Shown one piece after another: positions 1-17,090 of a stretch of DNA of 64,000 nucleotides; the stretch's first letter is position 1, and each line of letters starts with the position of its first letter. The notes under the pieces were generated by a model that was not told the DNA's origin, ran no database searches, and was given only the letters and a program-made list of their open reading frames with translations. The stretch lies in the NCBI RefSeq assembly GCF_009914755.1, contig NC_060937.1; one strand, given 5' to 3'. The translations under genes were made by a program, and so were the position numbers. The DNA comes from the human T2T-CHM13v2.0 reference genome, Homo sapiens.

Positions 1-283
1 GATACACAACTTCTCTACTGTTTGGTCTCAGCTGCTTCAAAATTTGGTGGTTATTCAAACTTAACATTGGATTCAAATGGTGTAATCTGCTTAGTCTGGG
101 CATTTTTGGATATATGCACAATTAGGTACCTATTCTGAGTTACTGAAAATATGCCCTGTCCCAACAGAGATAGCAGATAAATTATACTTACTTAGTATCA
201 GACTTCCCTTTGAAAACAACTCATGACACTTAGAATTTCCCAGAATTTAGAAAATAAATTGTCAAGTAATTTTGGCCAAAGTG

Positions 284-948
<665 letters not shown>

Positions 949-1329
949 CTTGACCAAAGTCTTTTAGTGTCTGAAATATCATTTGAAGATTTTCTTTTGG
1001 CTACAGAATATGTAGATACCCCCATTGTGAATACATTAACCTACTATGCTTTAACAAAGTAATTATAGAACCCGATCATATCAGATGAATTTTGTAGTTC
1101 CCTGGTTGTAAACGGTTATACTATTTAATAACCTATTTTAATATTACCCTAAGTATTTATAGTACATTTAATATTACTGTAAGTAATATAGTATTTAATG
1201 TTACTCTAGGAAGTAATGTTTATTAGGGTTATATTCAGTGTTGATGTTGGAAAAACTTGGTGTTTTTTGGTCTTAAACCATCGGTTTAAAAGTAACAATT
1301 TCTAATGAATGTGTTTTTTCTCTCTTCAG

Positions 1330-1377
1330 ACTTTTGATAAAATTCTTGTTGCTAATAGAGGAGAAATTGCATGTCGG
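1330..1377 (+). CDS. PCCA: PCCA coding exon (exon 3), TFDKILVANRGEIACR, start of the biotin carboxylase domain
   Basis: ttttttctctcttcAG acceptor; 48 nt open frame with the biotin carboxylase motif KILVANRGEIA; CGG|GTGAGT donor; phase 0/0. Confidence 0.97.
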
Positions 1378-1481
1378 GTGAGTAGAATTTTCGTCTTATT
1401 TTCCATTTTACTCTGAAATTATTTATTAAACCCCTTTAAGTGTGAATCACTATTAATAGACATTAATATATTTTAAAATAG

Positions 1482-1550
1482 GTTATTAGAACTTGCAAGA
1501 AGATGGGCATTAAGACAGTTGCCATCCACAGTGATGTTGATGCTAGTTCT
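1482..1550 (+). CDS. PCCA: PCCA coding exon (exon 4), [23 protein letters not shown]
   Basis: aaaatAG acceptor; 69 nt continuing the previous frame; TCT|GTAAGT donor; overlaps ORF 1503..1748. Confidence 0.97.
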
Positions 1551-2019
1551 GTAAGTATATTTTTGCTTTGTTTAAATCAGGACTTAATTTTGGGTCAAGC
1601 AGAAAAAGTGAGACATACAGGCTTTTTTTCTTGGCCTGCACAAGATACATTCAAGTTTAAAAACTGTTTACTTGTTCACTGTTGTGTTAAGCAAAACGAC
1701 AGTATCACAGTATCTTCTATATGTGCCGTAAGTATTTTCTTTTCATAGCTTTAAAAACTTAGACAGAAAAATTGCCAGGCTGATTGCTGGTCACCAAGTA
1801 GATTTAAGCAAAGCATGAGAAAATTTGAGTCAAAGATTAATGAAATGTTTACACAGTGCTCCCTTATGAGAGCACTTTCCCCCAGCATAGCTTCAGTATC
1901 ACTAAGGGAATGCTACAATTGTTTAACCTTTCCTAAATGCTTCAACGTGTTCAGCTGAAAGTTTGACAAAAATGAAAGGTAGGCTAATGCTAATTGGATA
2001 CAAACAAAAGAAGGTTTAG

Positions 2020-2396
<377 letters not shown>

Positions 2397-3062
2397 TGAA
2401 TGAGTAGAAAAAAATCCCATGGGGAAAGAATGTAAATTATTAAATCTTTATGGCATGAAATATAAGTAGTTGAATACTAATGCAAGCATTGTTTCTCATT
2501 GTCTCATACTACTTTTGATAATGGGACCCTTTGGTAGGGTCCATCAGTTAATGACAGGGATATGTTCTGAGAAATGCATCGTTAGGTGAATTCAATATTG
2601 TGTGACCATCACAGAATGTACTTACACAAACCTTGATGATACAGCCTAGTACACACCTATATAGTATAGCCTATTCCTCCTGTGCTACAAACCTGTGCAG
2701 CACGTGACTGTACTAAATACTGTAGGCAATTGTAACACAATGGTAAGTATTTGTGTATATAAGTGTATCTAAACACAGAAAAGGTACAGTAAAAATATAG
2801 TATAAAAGATAAAAAATGGTACACTTGTATAGGGCACTTACTGTGAATGGAGCTTGCAGGACTGGAAGCTGGTCTGGATGAGTCAGGGAGTGATCAAAGG
2901 CCTAGGACATTACCGTCACTACTATAGACTTCATAAACACTGTATACTTAGGCTACACGACATTTATAGAAAAATAGTTTTCTTTCTTCAATAATAAATT
3001 AACCTTAGCATACCATAACTTTTTTAAATTATAAACTTTTAAATTTTGTCTTTACTCTTTGA

Positions 3063-3374
<312 letters not shown>

Positions 3375-3594
3375 TGACTCTTTCATAATAAAACAGCATA
3401 AAATGCAAACACTGTATAACTGTACAAAAATGTTTTCTTTATATCCTTATTTTATAAGCTTTTTTCTGTTTTTAAAGTTTTTTATTTTTCATTTATTTTT
3501 GACTTTTTGAACTTTTTTGGTAAAAACGAAGACTCAAATGCACACATTAGCCTAGACCTGCAGAGGATCAGGCTCATCAAGACATCAGTAGGCA

Positions 3595-5064
3595 TGGGAT
3601 CACATCAAGTTAGAAAGCTTCTACACAGCCAAGGAAACAACAAAATGAAGAGACAACCCACAGAATGGGAGAAGATATTTGCAAACTACCCATCTGATGA
3701 GGGATTAGTAACTAGAATGTATAAGGAGCTCAAACAACTCTATAGGAAAAAAATCTAGTAATTTGATTAAAAAATGGGCAAAATGGCCAGGTGTGGTGGT
3801 TCACACCTGTAATCCCAGCACTTTGGGAGGCCAAGCGGGCAGATCACTTGAGGTCATGAGTTTGAGACCTAGAATAAATAAATGGATGTTTAACCAGCCT
3901 GGCTAAGATGGTGAAACCCTGTCTCTACTAAAAATACAAAAATTAGCCGCGTGTGGTGGCACACATCTGTAGTCCCAGCTACTTGGAGACTGGGGCAAGA
4001 AGCTTGAACCTGGGAGGTGGAGGTTGCTGTGAGCCAAGATCGTGCCACTGCACTCTAGCGTGGGCGACCAGGCGAGACTATGTCCAAAGGAAAATAAAAA
4101 GGGGCAAAAGATCTGAATAGTCATTTCTCAAAAGAAGACATACAAATCACAAACAGGTATATGTAAAGGTGCTCGACATTACTGATCATTACGGAAATGC
4201 AAATCAAAAGTACAATGAGATAAAATCTTACCCCGGTTAAAACGGCTTTTATCCAAAAGACATAACGAGTACTGGCGAGGATGTAGAGAAAGAACCCTCA
4301 TATGCTGTTGGTGGGAATGTAAATTAATACAACCACTATAAAGAATAGTATGGAGGTTTCTCAAAAAACTAAAACTATCATATGATCCGGCTGCTAGATG
4401 TACATCTGCTTCTAGGTGTACACCTAGCACCAGGGAAATCAGTATATGGAGGAGATATCTGCACTCCCATGTTTATTGTAGCATTTTTCACAATAGCCAA
4501 GATTTGGAGGCAACTTAAGTATCCATCAACAGATGAATGGATAAAGAAAATGTACATATGTACGGTACCATTCAGCCATAGAAAAGAATGAGATCTTGTC
4601 ATTTGCAATAGCATGGATGGAACTGGTGGAGGACATGTTAAGTGAAATAAGCCAGGCACAGAAAGACAAGTTTTGCATGTACTCACTCATTTGTGGGAGC
4701 TAAAAATGAAAACAATTGGACTCATAGAGAGAGAGTAGAAGGATGGTTACCAGAGGCTTGGCAGGGTGTATGGAGCGGGAGGGGTGGGGATGATTAATGA
4801 GTACAAGAATATAGTTAGATGGAATAAATAAGATCTTGTATTTGATAGCACAACAGGGTGACTACAGTCTGCAGTAATTTGTGGTACATTTTAGAATAAT
4901 TTAGGGAATAGAATTGGGATGCTTGTAACACAAATAAATGAATGATTTAGATGATGGCTACCCCATTTATCCTGATGTGATTATTATACATTGTATGCTT
5001 GTATCAAAATATTTCATGTACTCCATAAACATATACACCTCCTGTATACCCACAAAAATAAAAA
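3595..5064 (+). mobile_element. 5'-truncated L1 (L1MA-type 3' UTR) inserted in Tigger3
   Basis: ORF2 C-terminal remnants ([14 protein letters not shown]; CTPMFIVAFFTIAKIW), A tail, 16-bp TSD aagacatca(g/c)taggca at 3579-3594 and 5065-5080. Confidence 0.9.
3785..4100 (+). mobile_element. AluS inside the L1, carrying a foreign ~24-bp insertion
   Basis: Alu dimer with TSD aaaaa(t/g)gggcaaa. Confidence 0.92.
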
Positions 5065-6228
5065 AAGACATCACTAGGCAAATAGGAATTTTTCAGCTCC
5101 ATTATTGGAGCTGAAATGTAGATGCAGTACATTACCGACCAAGCTGTCATATGGCGCATGATTGAATTCTGATCTACAGGTAGACTTTTCAGACTTTGCA
5201 AAAGTGGTTTCAAAAGAATTGTTGTTAGGTTTTTCTCATTTGTACCTTCCCTGAAGCAGATGTGGTAGTTTTACATTTTAGAGACTTTTCACCACTTCTG
5301 GCTGAAAGCAGTAGGGAATATACCAGAGATTATGATACATAATTTATAATAAAATTTACCAGACCCCACAATGGAAGCAATTGCACACTCAGTCAAAACT
5401 TTCTCTTACTATGACCTACTTTAGGTCAATTTCTAGAAAGATACTATAAGTAAAAGCAGGATAATGATGGTGGGAATGTCAAAAGTTTCATTTAAACCTC
5501 AACAGTAGGGTCAAATCTGCTATGTGGTTTCTGTTTCAGTCTCAAGGAGGCTGAAAAGGTGAATTCCTGTAACAGCATCTTTTGCATCCTCAGCACGTGA
5601 TCACAGAGGTTACTATCATAGCTAATCAGCTTTATAATATCAGTAATATGAAAAAGCCATGCTATTCAGATGTATTAATTTTTGCATGTTTGTTTTCAAG
5701 AGGTGAGCATTTTAAATGTAACTTGGAGTAAAAAACTTTATAGGCTTTGTATGTTAATTTCACATGTGGAAATGTAAATACTATTCCAGTAGGAAAATAC
5801 TGCAACAATTGATTGCAAAAGCTATTCATTGTCTATTATAAACAACTAATTTTTAAGGTAATTATGCAAGGAAAAAGATGAATGGATACTGCACATATCA
5901 ACTAATAAGTCACACAAGGAAGGAAAGCCAGCTAACTTGCAAACAATTAATGTTTGATAGAAAAATGTTGGCTTTTAGAGATGATTATGCAGTTTACCTC
6001 TGTTGGTCCCTTCCCTCCAACATGTTCTTCAAAATTGTCTTCAGTATTCTTGGTCCTTCGCTCTTCCATGTGAATTTTAGGATGAGCTGGCCAATTACCC
6101 CCCTTCCCCAATTTTTAGATACCATGAACAAGATTTTTATAACTTTTGCATGTCTTTTTGTGAACATAATTTTGATTTTTTTTGGGTAAATATCTAGGAG
6201 TGGAGTAGCTGGGTCTTAGGGTAGATAA

Positions 6229-6462
6229 GGAGTTGGCAACCTTTTTTTGTTTGAAAGTAAATACATTTTTGTCTGGATAGCAAATATATTTTAGATTTTG
6301 CAGGCCCCTGTGGTCGCTGTTACATATGCTTCTTTTTGTTTTGTTTTGTTTTGTTTTAACAACACTTTAAAAATGTGAAAACTATTGTTAGCTTGAGAGC
6401 TGTGCAAAAACAGCCCTTGGATCAGATTTGGCCAGTGGGTAGACAGTATTTTGCTGATGCCT
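6229..6462. mobile_element. MER58-like hAT-Charlie element inside an old antisense L1 fragment (~6000-6740)
   Basis: Degenerate ends ggagttggcaa / ttgctgatgcct; L1 sequence continues on both sides. Confidence 0.6.
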
Positions 6463-6956
6463 AGAATAAATACATGCATGTTTAAATTTATAAGAAGCTG
6501 CTAAATAGTTCTCCTTCATGGTTGTATCATATTTTACTCCCTCCAGAAATGTCTAGGTCAGGGTGCTTTTGTGTCCTTGCCAACACTTGGTGTTTTCAGT
6601 CCATTTGATTTTGTGTTTTATTTTTAAGTGGTTGTGAAGCAGTATGTCATTGTGTTTTTAATTTTAGATTTTCCTGATGAATACTGATGTTGAGTACTTT
6701 TTTGTGTTATTGGTCATTCATTTATATTTTTTTCTGAAGCATTTCTTCAAACATAATGAAAAAAATTAGAAAAGTAGTACCAGTATATTGGTATCAGTTT
6801 ACTGTTATATACCAGTATAACGGTATCTGTATACCCTTCACCTAGATTCAGCAATTGTTAACATTTTGGCTTGTTTGCTTTATATTTGTATCCATATGTA
6901 CATTGTGTGTGTGCATTTTTTTTTTTTTGGCTAAACAATTTGAAAATAAGTTACAG

Positions 6957-7270
6957 GACATGGATGAAGCTGGAAACCATCATTCTCAGCAAACTATCAC
7001 AGGGACAGAAAACAAAACACTGCACGTTCTCACTCATAGGTGGGAATTGAACAATGAAGACACTTGGACACAGGGTAGGGAACATCACACACTGTGTTCT
7101 GTTGTGGGGTTGGGGGATGGGGGAGGGATAGCATTAGGGGAAATACCTAATGTAAATGACGAGTTGATGGGTGCAGCAAAACAACATGAGACATGTATAC
7201 CTATGTAACAAACCTGCACGTTGTGCACATGTACCCTAGAACTTAAAGTATATATATATATGTAAAAAAA
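6957..7270 (+). mobile_element. L1PA 3' end (5'-truncated, ~310 bp)
   Basis: catggatgaagctggaaaccatcattctcagcaaacta...gtaccctagaacttaaagtata; 15-bp TSD gaaaataagttacag at 6942-6956 and 7623-7637. Confidence 0.93.
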
Positions 7271-7316
7271 GCAGCATTAAAAAGAATCCCCTGGACAGGA
7301 AAAAGAAAAAAAAAGA

Positions 7317-7663
<347 letters not shown>

Positions 7664-8028
7664 CTATTCATCTCGCAGTAATAAGTATGGTTTTCTACAT
7701 ATCTATAATACCTTATGAAACCTAAGAAAATAACTCATTATTCTATAATATCATGTAATATGCCTACCACATTCAGGTTTTTCCAGTTGACCCCAGTTGT
7801 CCTTTTTAATATTTTTCTTTGATCCACAGTTCAATCAAGGTTCATGAGTTACATTTGTTTATTATACCTCTTTAGTCTCTTAATCTAAAATAGTGCCCCT
7901 ATTCTCCCTCTTTTTTTGTTTGATTTTTATTATGTTGGCTTTTAGATATTTTGGCTTTGTATGGAATCTATTTTCTCATGAATAGATTCAGATTAAATAT
8001 TTGACAAGACTACTTCATAAGTGATGTT

Positions 8029-8331
8029 CTTTCTTTTTTTCTTTTTTTTGTGACAGAGTCTCTCTCAGTTGCCCGGGCTGGAGTGCAGTGGTGAGATTAT
8101 AACTCACTGCAGCCTGACTTCCTGGGCACAAGCGATCCTCCCACCTTAGTTTCCCAAGTAGTTGTGACTACAGGTGCATGCCACCACGCCTGGCTGATTT
8201 TTGTATTTTTTGTAAAGATGGGGTTTCACCATCTTTCCCAGGCTGGTCTTGAACTCCTGGGCTCAAGAGATCCTCTTGCCTTGGCCTCCCAAAGTGCTAG
8301 GATTACAGGCGTGAGCCACCGTACCCCAGCC
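8029..8331 (-). mobile_element. AluJ
   Basis: Diverged Alu dimer, TSD agt(g/a)atgtt. Confidence 0.88.
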
Positions 8332-9334
8332 AGTAATGTTATTTTTTTTAATAGTAATATCATAACAAGAGGTTCTTAATGTTGAATTGTTCTGTTGTTA
8401 TGCTAAGTATGATCATTTGGTTTCATCAGGTCTTCCCATTATAATGGTACATTTTCTTTTTTTTTATTAAATAATTTTTGGGGTGAGTTTTTGAATCCTT
8501 GTGAATATTTTGTCCCTCAACCACCTCTCATCTAATGTTTTTGCATCGATAATGAAAATTGCCTGAGCCTGATTACTTTGGTTACATTTGTCTTGTTTGC
8601 TGTCTGTGGAGTAAGCTGTTGATTTTCTGCTCCTTTTTGAATCTGCCTGTTTTTATGTATTATCTTTTTTCTTATGTATTTGAGGCCTTTAGTATATTTA
8701 TTTTTAGCATATTTAATTTAAAGAATCTATCATATTATTGTATTATTTCAAGTTTGTGGGTGTTTATTTCTATTCCTGACTCTTCCTCATAACATATTGT
8801 TTCCTCGCATGTTTAAATTTTGGTGTGTGATTCTATGTTTGGTGCTTTTGTTGTTGAATTTCAAGATGGTTTGGGTTATGGATTTGGCCAGGTAGGATAG
8901 GTGGTATATTTGTTTCCATCACACCCTCCAGGGTATCACTCATCTGGGACTAATTTTTATATTAAATTTTTGGCATAAAGATTGTCAAATTTTGAAGATA
9001 ATGGGAAGAACAAAATGAGATTGCACACACACAGATACACACCTGTTGAATAGGCTCATGGTTTCTAATATCTAGAGACATTTTCGTTTACTTTGAACCA
9101 CAGAGATACGAGCATAGGGTTTATCCTCTCTATTTCGTAGGTTGATTCCTCCCCCACAACCTTTCACTGAGAATGTAATCTTTGAGCCTCCTGGCTTTAG
9201 ACAGAAGGGTTTCCTTCAAACCTCCAACTCACACGGGATCTGTTTCCTTTCTCTGATCGTTAAAACCCAATCTTCTAGATTATTGAGATTCCCACCTTCA
9301 CTCTCCAAGACTGGCTCTTGTGGATGCAGACTGA

Positions 9335-9822
<488 letters not shown>

Positions 9823-10324
9823 GCTTCCTTTTTCTTTTTCATCCCTTGTAGTTTTTTTGTGAGCCAAGCTCTTCATTTGAAGGATGTTTGTTATATTTAA
9901 TCTAGGTCTTTAGATGTTTCTAAGGAGGATTTGCAGGTTATTTAGTTGGCTTATTGTTGGTTTGTCTTAAAACAATATGACATCCTATTCTTTGTTGAGG
10001 AAATTCCCTTAATTTCTTTGAGAAATAAAGACTGATCTAGAGCAGTCTTAAAGTCAGGCTTTCCCTAGGAAAACAATTCATTTATAATGATGAGATTAAT
10101 GTGCCTGAATCCAGGGGATGAGGCTATAGGGAAGCAGTATAAAATACTCCAATGGGAATTGGTCAGGGCAGGAGAAAGCAAAATGGGAGTTAAGCCTCTT
10201 ATTAAGTCATGAATTTTTTTTTATGTTTCATTTTCCAGGCCCTAGGAAAGCACGCTTATTATTCTCTGGGAAGATTTGTGGAGAATAGTTTATGAAGAGA
10301 AGACAATTCTAGTGCAAGAATGTA

Positions 10325-12190
<1,866 letters not shown>

Positions 12191-12191
12191 C

Positions 12192-12415
12192 CTAGTCTGT
12201 TCAGGCTTGTTATGGATTGTCATAGTCTGGGTGGCTTATAAACAACAGGAATTTATTTCTCATAGTTCTGGAGGCTGATAAGTCAAGATTGAGGCACTGT
12301 TAGATGTTGTCCCTGGTGAGGGCTCCTTTCTTAGTTTCTTAGTGGAGCCTTCTTGCTGTGTCCTCACATGGTGGAAGGAGCAAGGGAAGGATCTCATTCA
12401 TGAGGTCTCTGCCAC
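12192..12415. mobile_element. MLT1 (MaLR) LTR fragment
   Basis: ctgggtggcttataaacaacaggaatttatttctcatagttctggaggctg ... tcctcacatggtggaagg. Confidence 0.75.
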
Positions 12416-12547
12416 AAGTGTTCTGAAATAGCATTCCAGAAGTACAAGGTGATACAGTTAGTCAAGAGCTATAAATTGGTGGATAGGAAAGGCAAAAATA
12501 AGAAGATTGTATTGAGTTTCTAGTTATACAATGAACTGAATAACTCC

Positions 12548-12837
<290 letters not shown>

Positions 12838-14618
12838 TGAATAACTCTTTAGAAACAGAAAAAATCTCTGGTGGTTGGTTAAATAGTAAATATAAATAAA
12901 TCTATAAATTTCCTATATATCAATAAGGTAGAAAATACAACAAGAAATGTAACCTCGTAGAAGCAATGGAAATGATAAAACACTGTATGATGTGAATTTA
13001 AAATGAAATTTTTAGGACTTACATGAGGACTTCTTATTTTTGTATAGGGAAACCGATTTTTAAAAATGCTCTTTTCTGTACATTTTCTATTAAATCCTAA
13101 TATAACAACATAATGGGGGGGGATTGACAAAGAGTAAATATGCAAGAATAGCCTAGATAATTCTGAGGAAAATTGATGGGGAGTAGCCTAACATATTAAA
13201 ATACATTTTAATACATTGTAAGTCAGCAAGAAGACATAGGTCTATGGAATACATTTGTTAGATTTTAGGCAGTGGGATGATGTGGGAGGATTTTTGAGTT
13301 GTTAAAGAGGGTCTCATGAATATTATGTGGATTTAGAAGACAAGGTAATTCTAGGATTGCTTGCCTCTAATTTACTGAGATTTTTAGGTATCTCAGAGAA
13401 GATAAGAAATATAAGGAATGAGAAATGTTTAATGGCTTTAGTGACTAGGAGTTTCTAAATGGACACATGGGCCCATTTCATTAGTTTGGTGAATAGTGAG
13501 AGCAAAGAATTTGGGAATTTAAGATTGTTGTACTTCTCCAAATGAATGTTTTAAGTATAAAGACTAGTATGTCTTTCCACAAAAATGGTAAAATATATTG
13601 TCACATTTATATCAAACTGCTAAAATAAGTTTTGATATTTTTTAAAAAATGAGATCTCATCAGGTTAAATGAAAAGAGTTGAGAATCTTCATTCCCAAAG
13701 AGGAAAATGATTCTGTATATCAACAGAATCATTCAACCTTTGACTGTATTCTCTATCTACGTTCCTAAATTGAACCTATCTATACATATTTTGTTGCTTT
13801 GTCTGTGTACAGTCATGTTGGATTTAAATGAGAAATATCTGATTTTACCACGTTGAAACAAGAACCTAAAATTAGGGAAGTATTCACTGTGACTCACATC
13901 TTACCCAGGCAGCCTGCTGTTGAAAGGATGATCCCTGGTGCGCACTGTAGTCTCAGCCTCAGGATTCTATAATGAGATTGAGTGGGGTTTCCTGTGAGCA
14001 CTCTGGGGTGATTGACAGTAAGGTGAGGGCAGTCATCACTTTTTATGCCTACCCTTGATGATATGTCCCTGCTGTCTGGGGAGGGACCGAGGACGAATAG
14101 GACTTGGTGATGTCTAAGTAATTAGTGTATGTTGGTTCCAGCTGAACAAACTGGAGGGTAATGATCAGGTAAATGGAAATGGAACACATTAATGCAGACT
14201 AAGGTATAAAAGACCTTAGGGTTAAACTTTTCAACATTTTATGGGATTATTAGAATATCTTTATTTCATTTTTTATATTTACATGTCTCTGTATATACAT
14301 ACACTTATTTATATTTTTGTCAGTGTATCTTCAGTTTTACCTTAGATGTATATAGAGATGAAAGCAACTTAAATGTGAAAACCTCAAACGCATTTTTTCT
14401 CCTTTACATGATTTCAGAATATTTTCAAACTTTTTCTGTTTGGAAAGGAGTTAAGGTTCTTAATTAAACATTTTCTTTTTAATTTCACAAAAATTGTTAA
14501 TGGACTTGTTTGGAGCTGATGCCTATCACTGATCCTCAAATAGGAGCAAATGACTAAAGTCAGGCTTGGAAAACTTTTTTGGGGTGTTAACTGAAAAGTA
14601 TCAGGTGACCTTTTATTT

Positions 14619-14642
14619 GTGTGTGTGTGTGTGTGTGTGTGT
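14619..14642 (+). repeat. (TG)12 microsatellite
   Basis: Read directly. Confidence 0.95.
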
Positions 14643-17090
14643 ACTTGAGAATGTTATATTTCAGTAACATTTTCTTAAACTGCCTTTTCTTAGTAAAGGA
14701 TATTTTAAGATGATGGCTGTCCTGGTCCATGTTTCACAGTTGGTCTTAATTAGATCAGAAATATTTCCAGACATTTAGGTTGCAATAGGAAATCTATAGG
14801 ATTCTTAATTTATTCTTACAAAAGGTATTTATAGTTGCCATTCTTCAATATTAACTTTCCTTATCAACAGCAAAAAGTCTTACGGCAAAGCCTCTGGAGA
14901 GTGACTGCAGTACTGCATTTAATGGGAAGGGAGGAATTGTTTGCCTTAGTATATGGTTTTGAATCTGGGAGTCTGGTAATTAGGTAATCAAAGGGTTTAA
15001 AAAATGGCATAATGGCTTTAAAACTTGCTATTGCTCACTTTTCTTATAAAACTTAGCTTTCAGAAATCTTTTTAGATTAAGAATACAATGTACCTACTAT
15101 GCAAATTTAAAACAATAGACTTTTCATTAAAGAACTAACCAGGAGAAGAAAGCATTTAAGATGTGTAGACATTTCTTTTCCTTTTCTTTTTTTCTTTTAT
15201 TGTCTTTGGAAAAACTTATTTTGCAGAAACAGTATACTGTATCAATTTTAAGTGTTTTGATTATCTTTGACTTGGCTAAATTATTTTCTCTGCATTTTTG
15301 GGTAAAATGGAATAGGATGGGATTCCTGGTAGGTATTTGTTCACATTAATACTATATTTAATTGGAGATCCTGCAGAATAGTAGCAGGAGGCTGAAGAGA
15401 ATTATTTAGCATTAGCAATGGCTCGTCTGGGAGTTGTGGACTAATCAAGGCGCTGTAGTGTTAGTGGTGGGGATGATGGGAATTATGACGATTATGACAT
15501 GTAAGCATGTCTGTGTACGAATTGGACAGGCAATGAGTTAATCAAGAAGTATGTTAAATGGCTCCCATGCTGATTCATTATTATCTACCATAGTGCCTGT
15601 CAGGTTGTGTATTTAAAAAACACAATCATTGCCAAATTCAATATGTATATGAGCTGAATTCAGCCATTGTTTGCTTTTCCATAAAATAACCTCAGATTTC
15701 CTTATATGTATAAAAATAGAAAATTGTGTCAACTGTGCTGTGATTTGTGTTTATAGTATGGTATCTTTTTTTTTTAACAGAGTCATTTAAACCTATGTTT
15801 GCTTTGCCCTTTCATATATTCGTGTAAATATTCTCTGGCTTGTTTTCTATGCATAAAGGGTTTGGGTTTGAAAGTGAAATTTATGTGTCTTTACTTTTCA
15901 AGATGAAAAAATAATTCCAGTATTTCAGAGACAAATTAATATTTAACACATGAACTATGGACAAATCAAAGCATGAATCTTTTCCACCATCAAAATGCTT
16001 GAATTTAAATTGGGGGTGGGGGTGGAAACCTCCTTTGCTGTAGCGGGGGGTCTCTTTGTGCCAGGTAGACAGACCCATTCTGTGCCCAGCATGGTTGGGG
16101 TTATCTGTCAGGAAACTATCTATTAGAAATGCTAGAAATGTATGTATTTTGGGGGAATGGAACTAATAAATTGAATTCCTTTTAGAAAATAAATTGAAAT
16201 GCAGCATAAATCCATGAGCAAACTGGATTATATCTCTAGGCAAATTTAAAGAGTTATTGTACAGATGAACACCATTTTTTTTTATTATTGTGAGCACTGC
16301 CAAATTTAATAAAACTTTCTACCAAACTGTGACTTTCATGTATTAACTTAATTAAAGCAGTGTTATGGGTAATACTCAGTGTTAACCTGTGGATGGCTGT
16401 TATTGAAATCCATTATCAATGGAGTCAGTATTAGTGGTCAGCAGCATCAGAAGTAAAACTTGCAACCAAGACCCTCCCATGGGTGCTGTGAGCTCAGCAG
16501 GTTAAATTGTCAAAAACCAGTAAAGCTTCTTAAAGGACTGATAGCTTAAGCCACCCGGAGTTAAAGGTAAACTAGTCATTCCAGTCAAGATGGACTATGA
16601 CTTTATTTAGCAGTCAGGCAAAAATTATATTTGGGCAGGATTTATATCAGTATCTTCATGTATGACTTATTCATTTGTATGTTCATGTACCTTGCTATTT
16701 AAATTCAATAAAACCATCCAGCTTTTTTTAATCTGTGGGAAGTGACTTGTGGATATTTTCTTTTATAAAACGTTAAGGAGATGTCTTAAGACTTTCTGAA
16801 TTTTTTGTTAATAACTTATACTGAAGTTACTTTTTACTTATACTAAAATTTTAAATTAAGAAAAAAGTGAAATATTGTATTAATATATCTTTTTGGTTTT
16901 GTTTATTTTATAATTTCTGGTAAACTTAAACAACATGGTTTTAAAGGGAATTTATGTATTTCAGTGTAATTAGTACCTGCTGTTATGAAAAAGCACCTAA
17001 TCATGGATTTATTTTTCTCTAAGCAGCTATTTGGGAAGGATCAGAAGTCCTATCTTACTGAAAAAGCATACATATAATAAAAGATTTGAG

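Noticed and set aside
1551-1748. Extension of ORF 1503..1748 beyond exon 4, and of ORF 44474..44671 beyond exon 5
   Set aside because: Read-through past canonical GT donors into intron; similarity to carboxylases stops at the donor
6776-6830. Repeated taccagtata with short quasi-palindromes
   Set aside because: Short, AT-rich and inside a degraded L1; cannot be separated from chance without an alignment
14590-14660. (TG)12 as a TDP-43 cryptic exon site
   Set aside because: The nearby donor CAG|GTGACC is weak and I found no convincing exon boundaries
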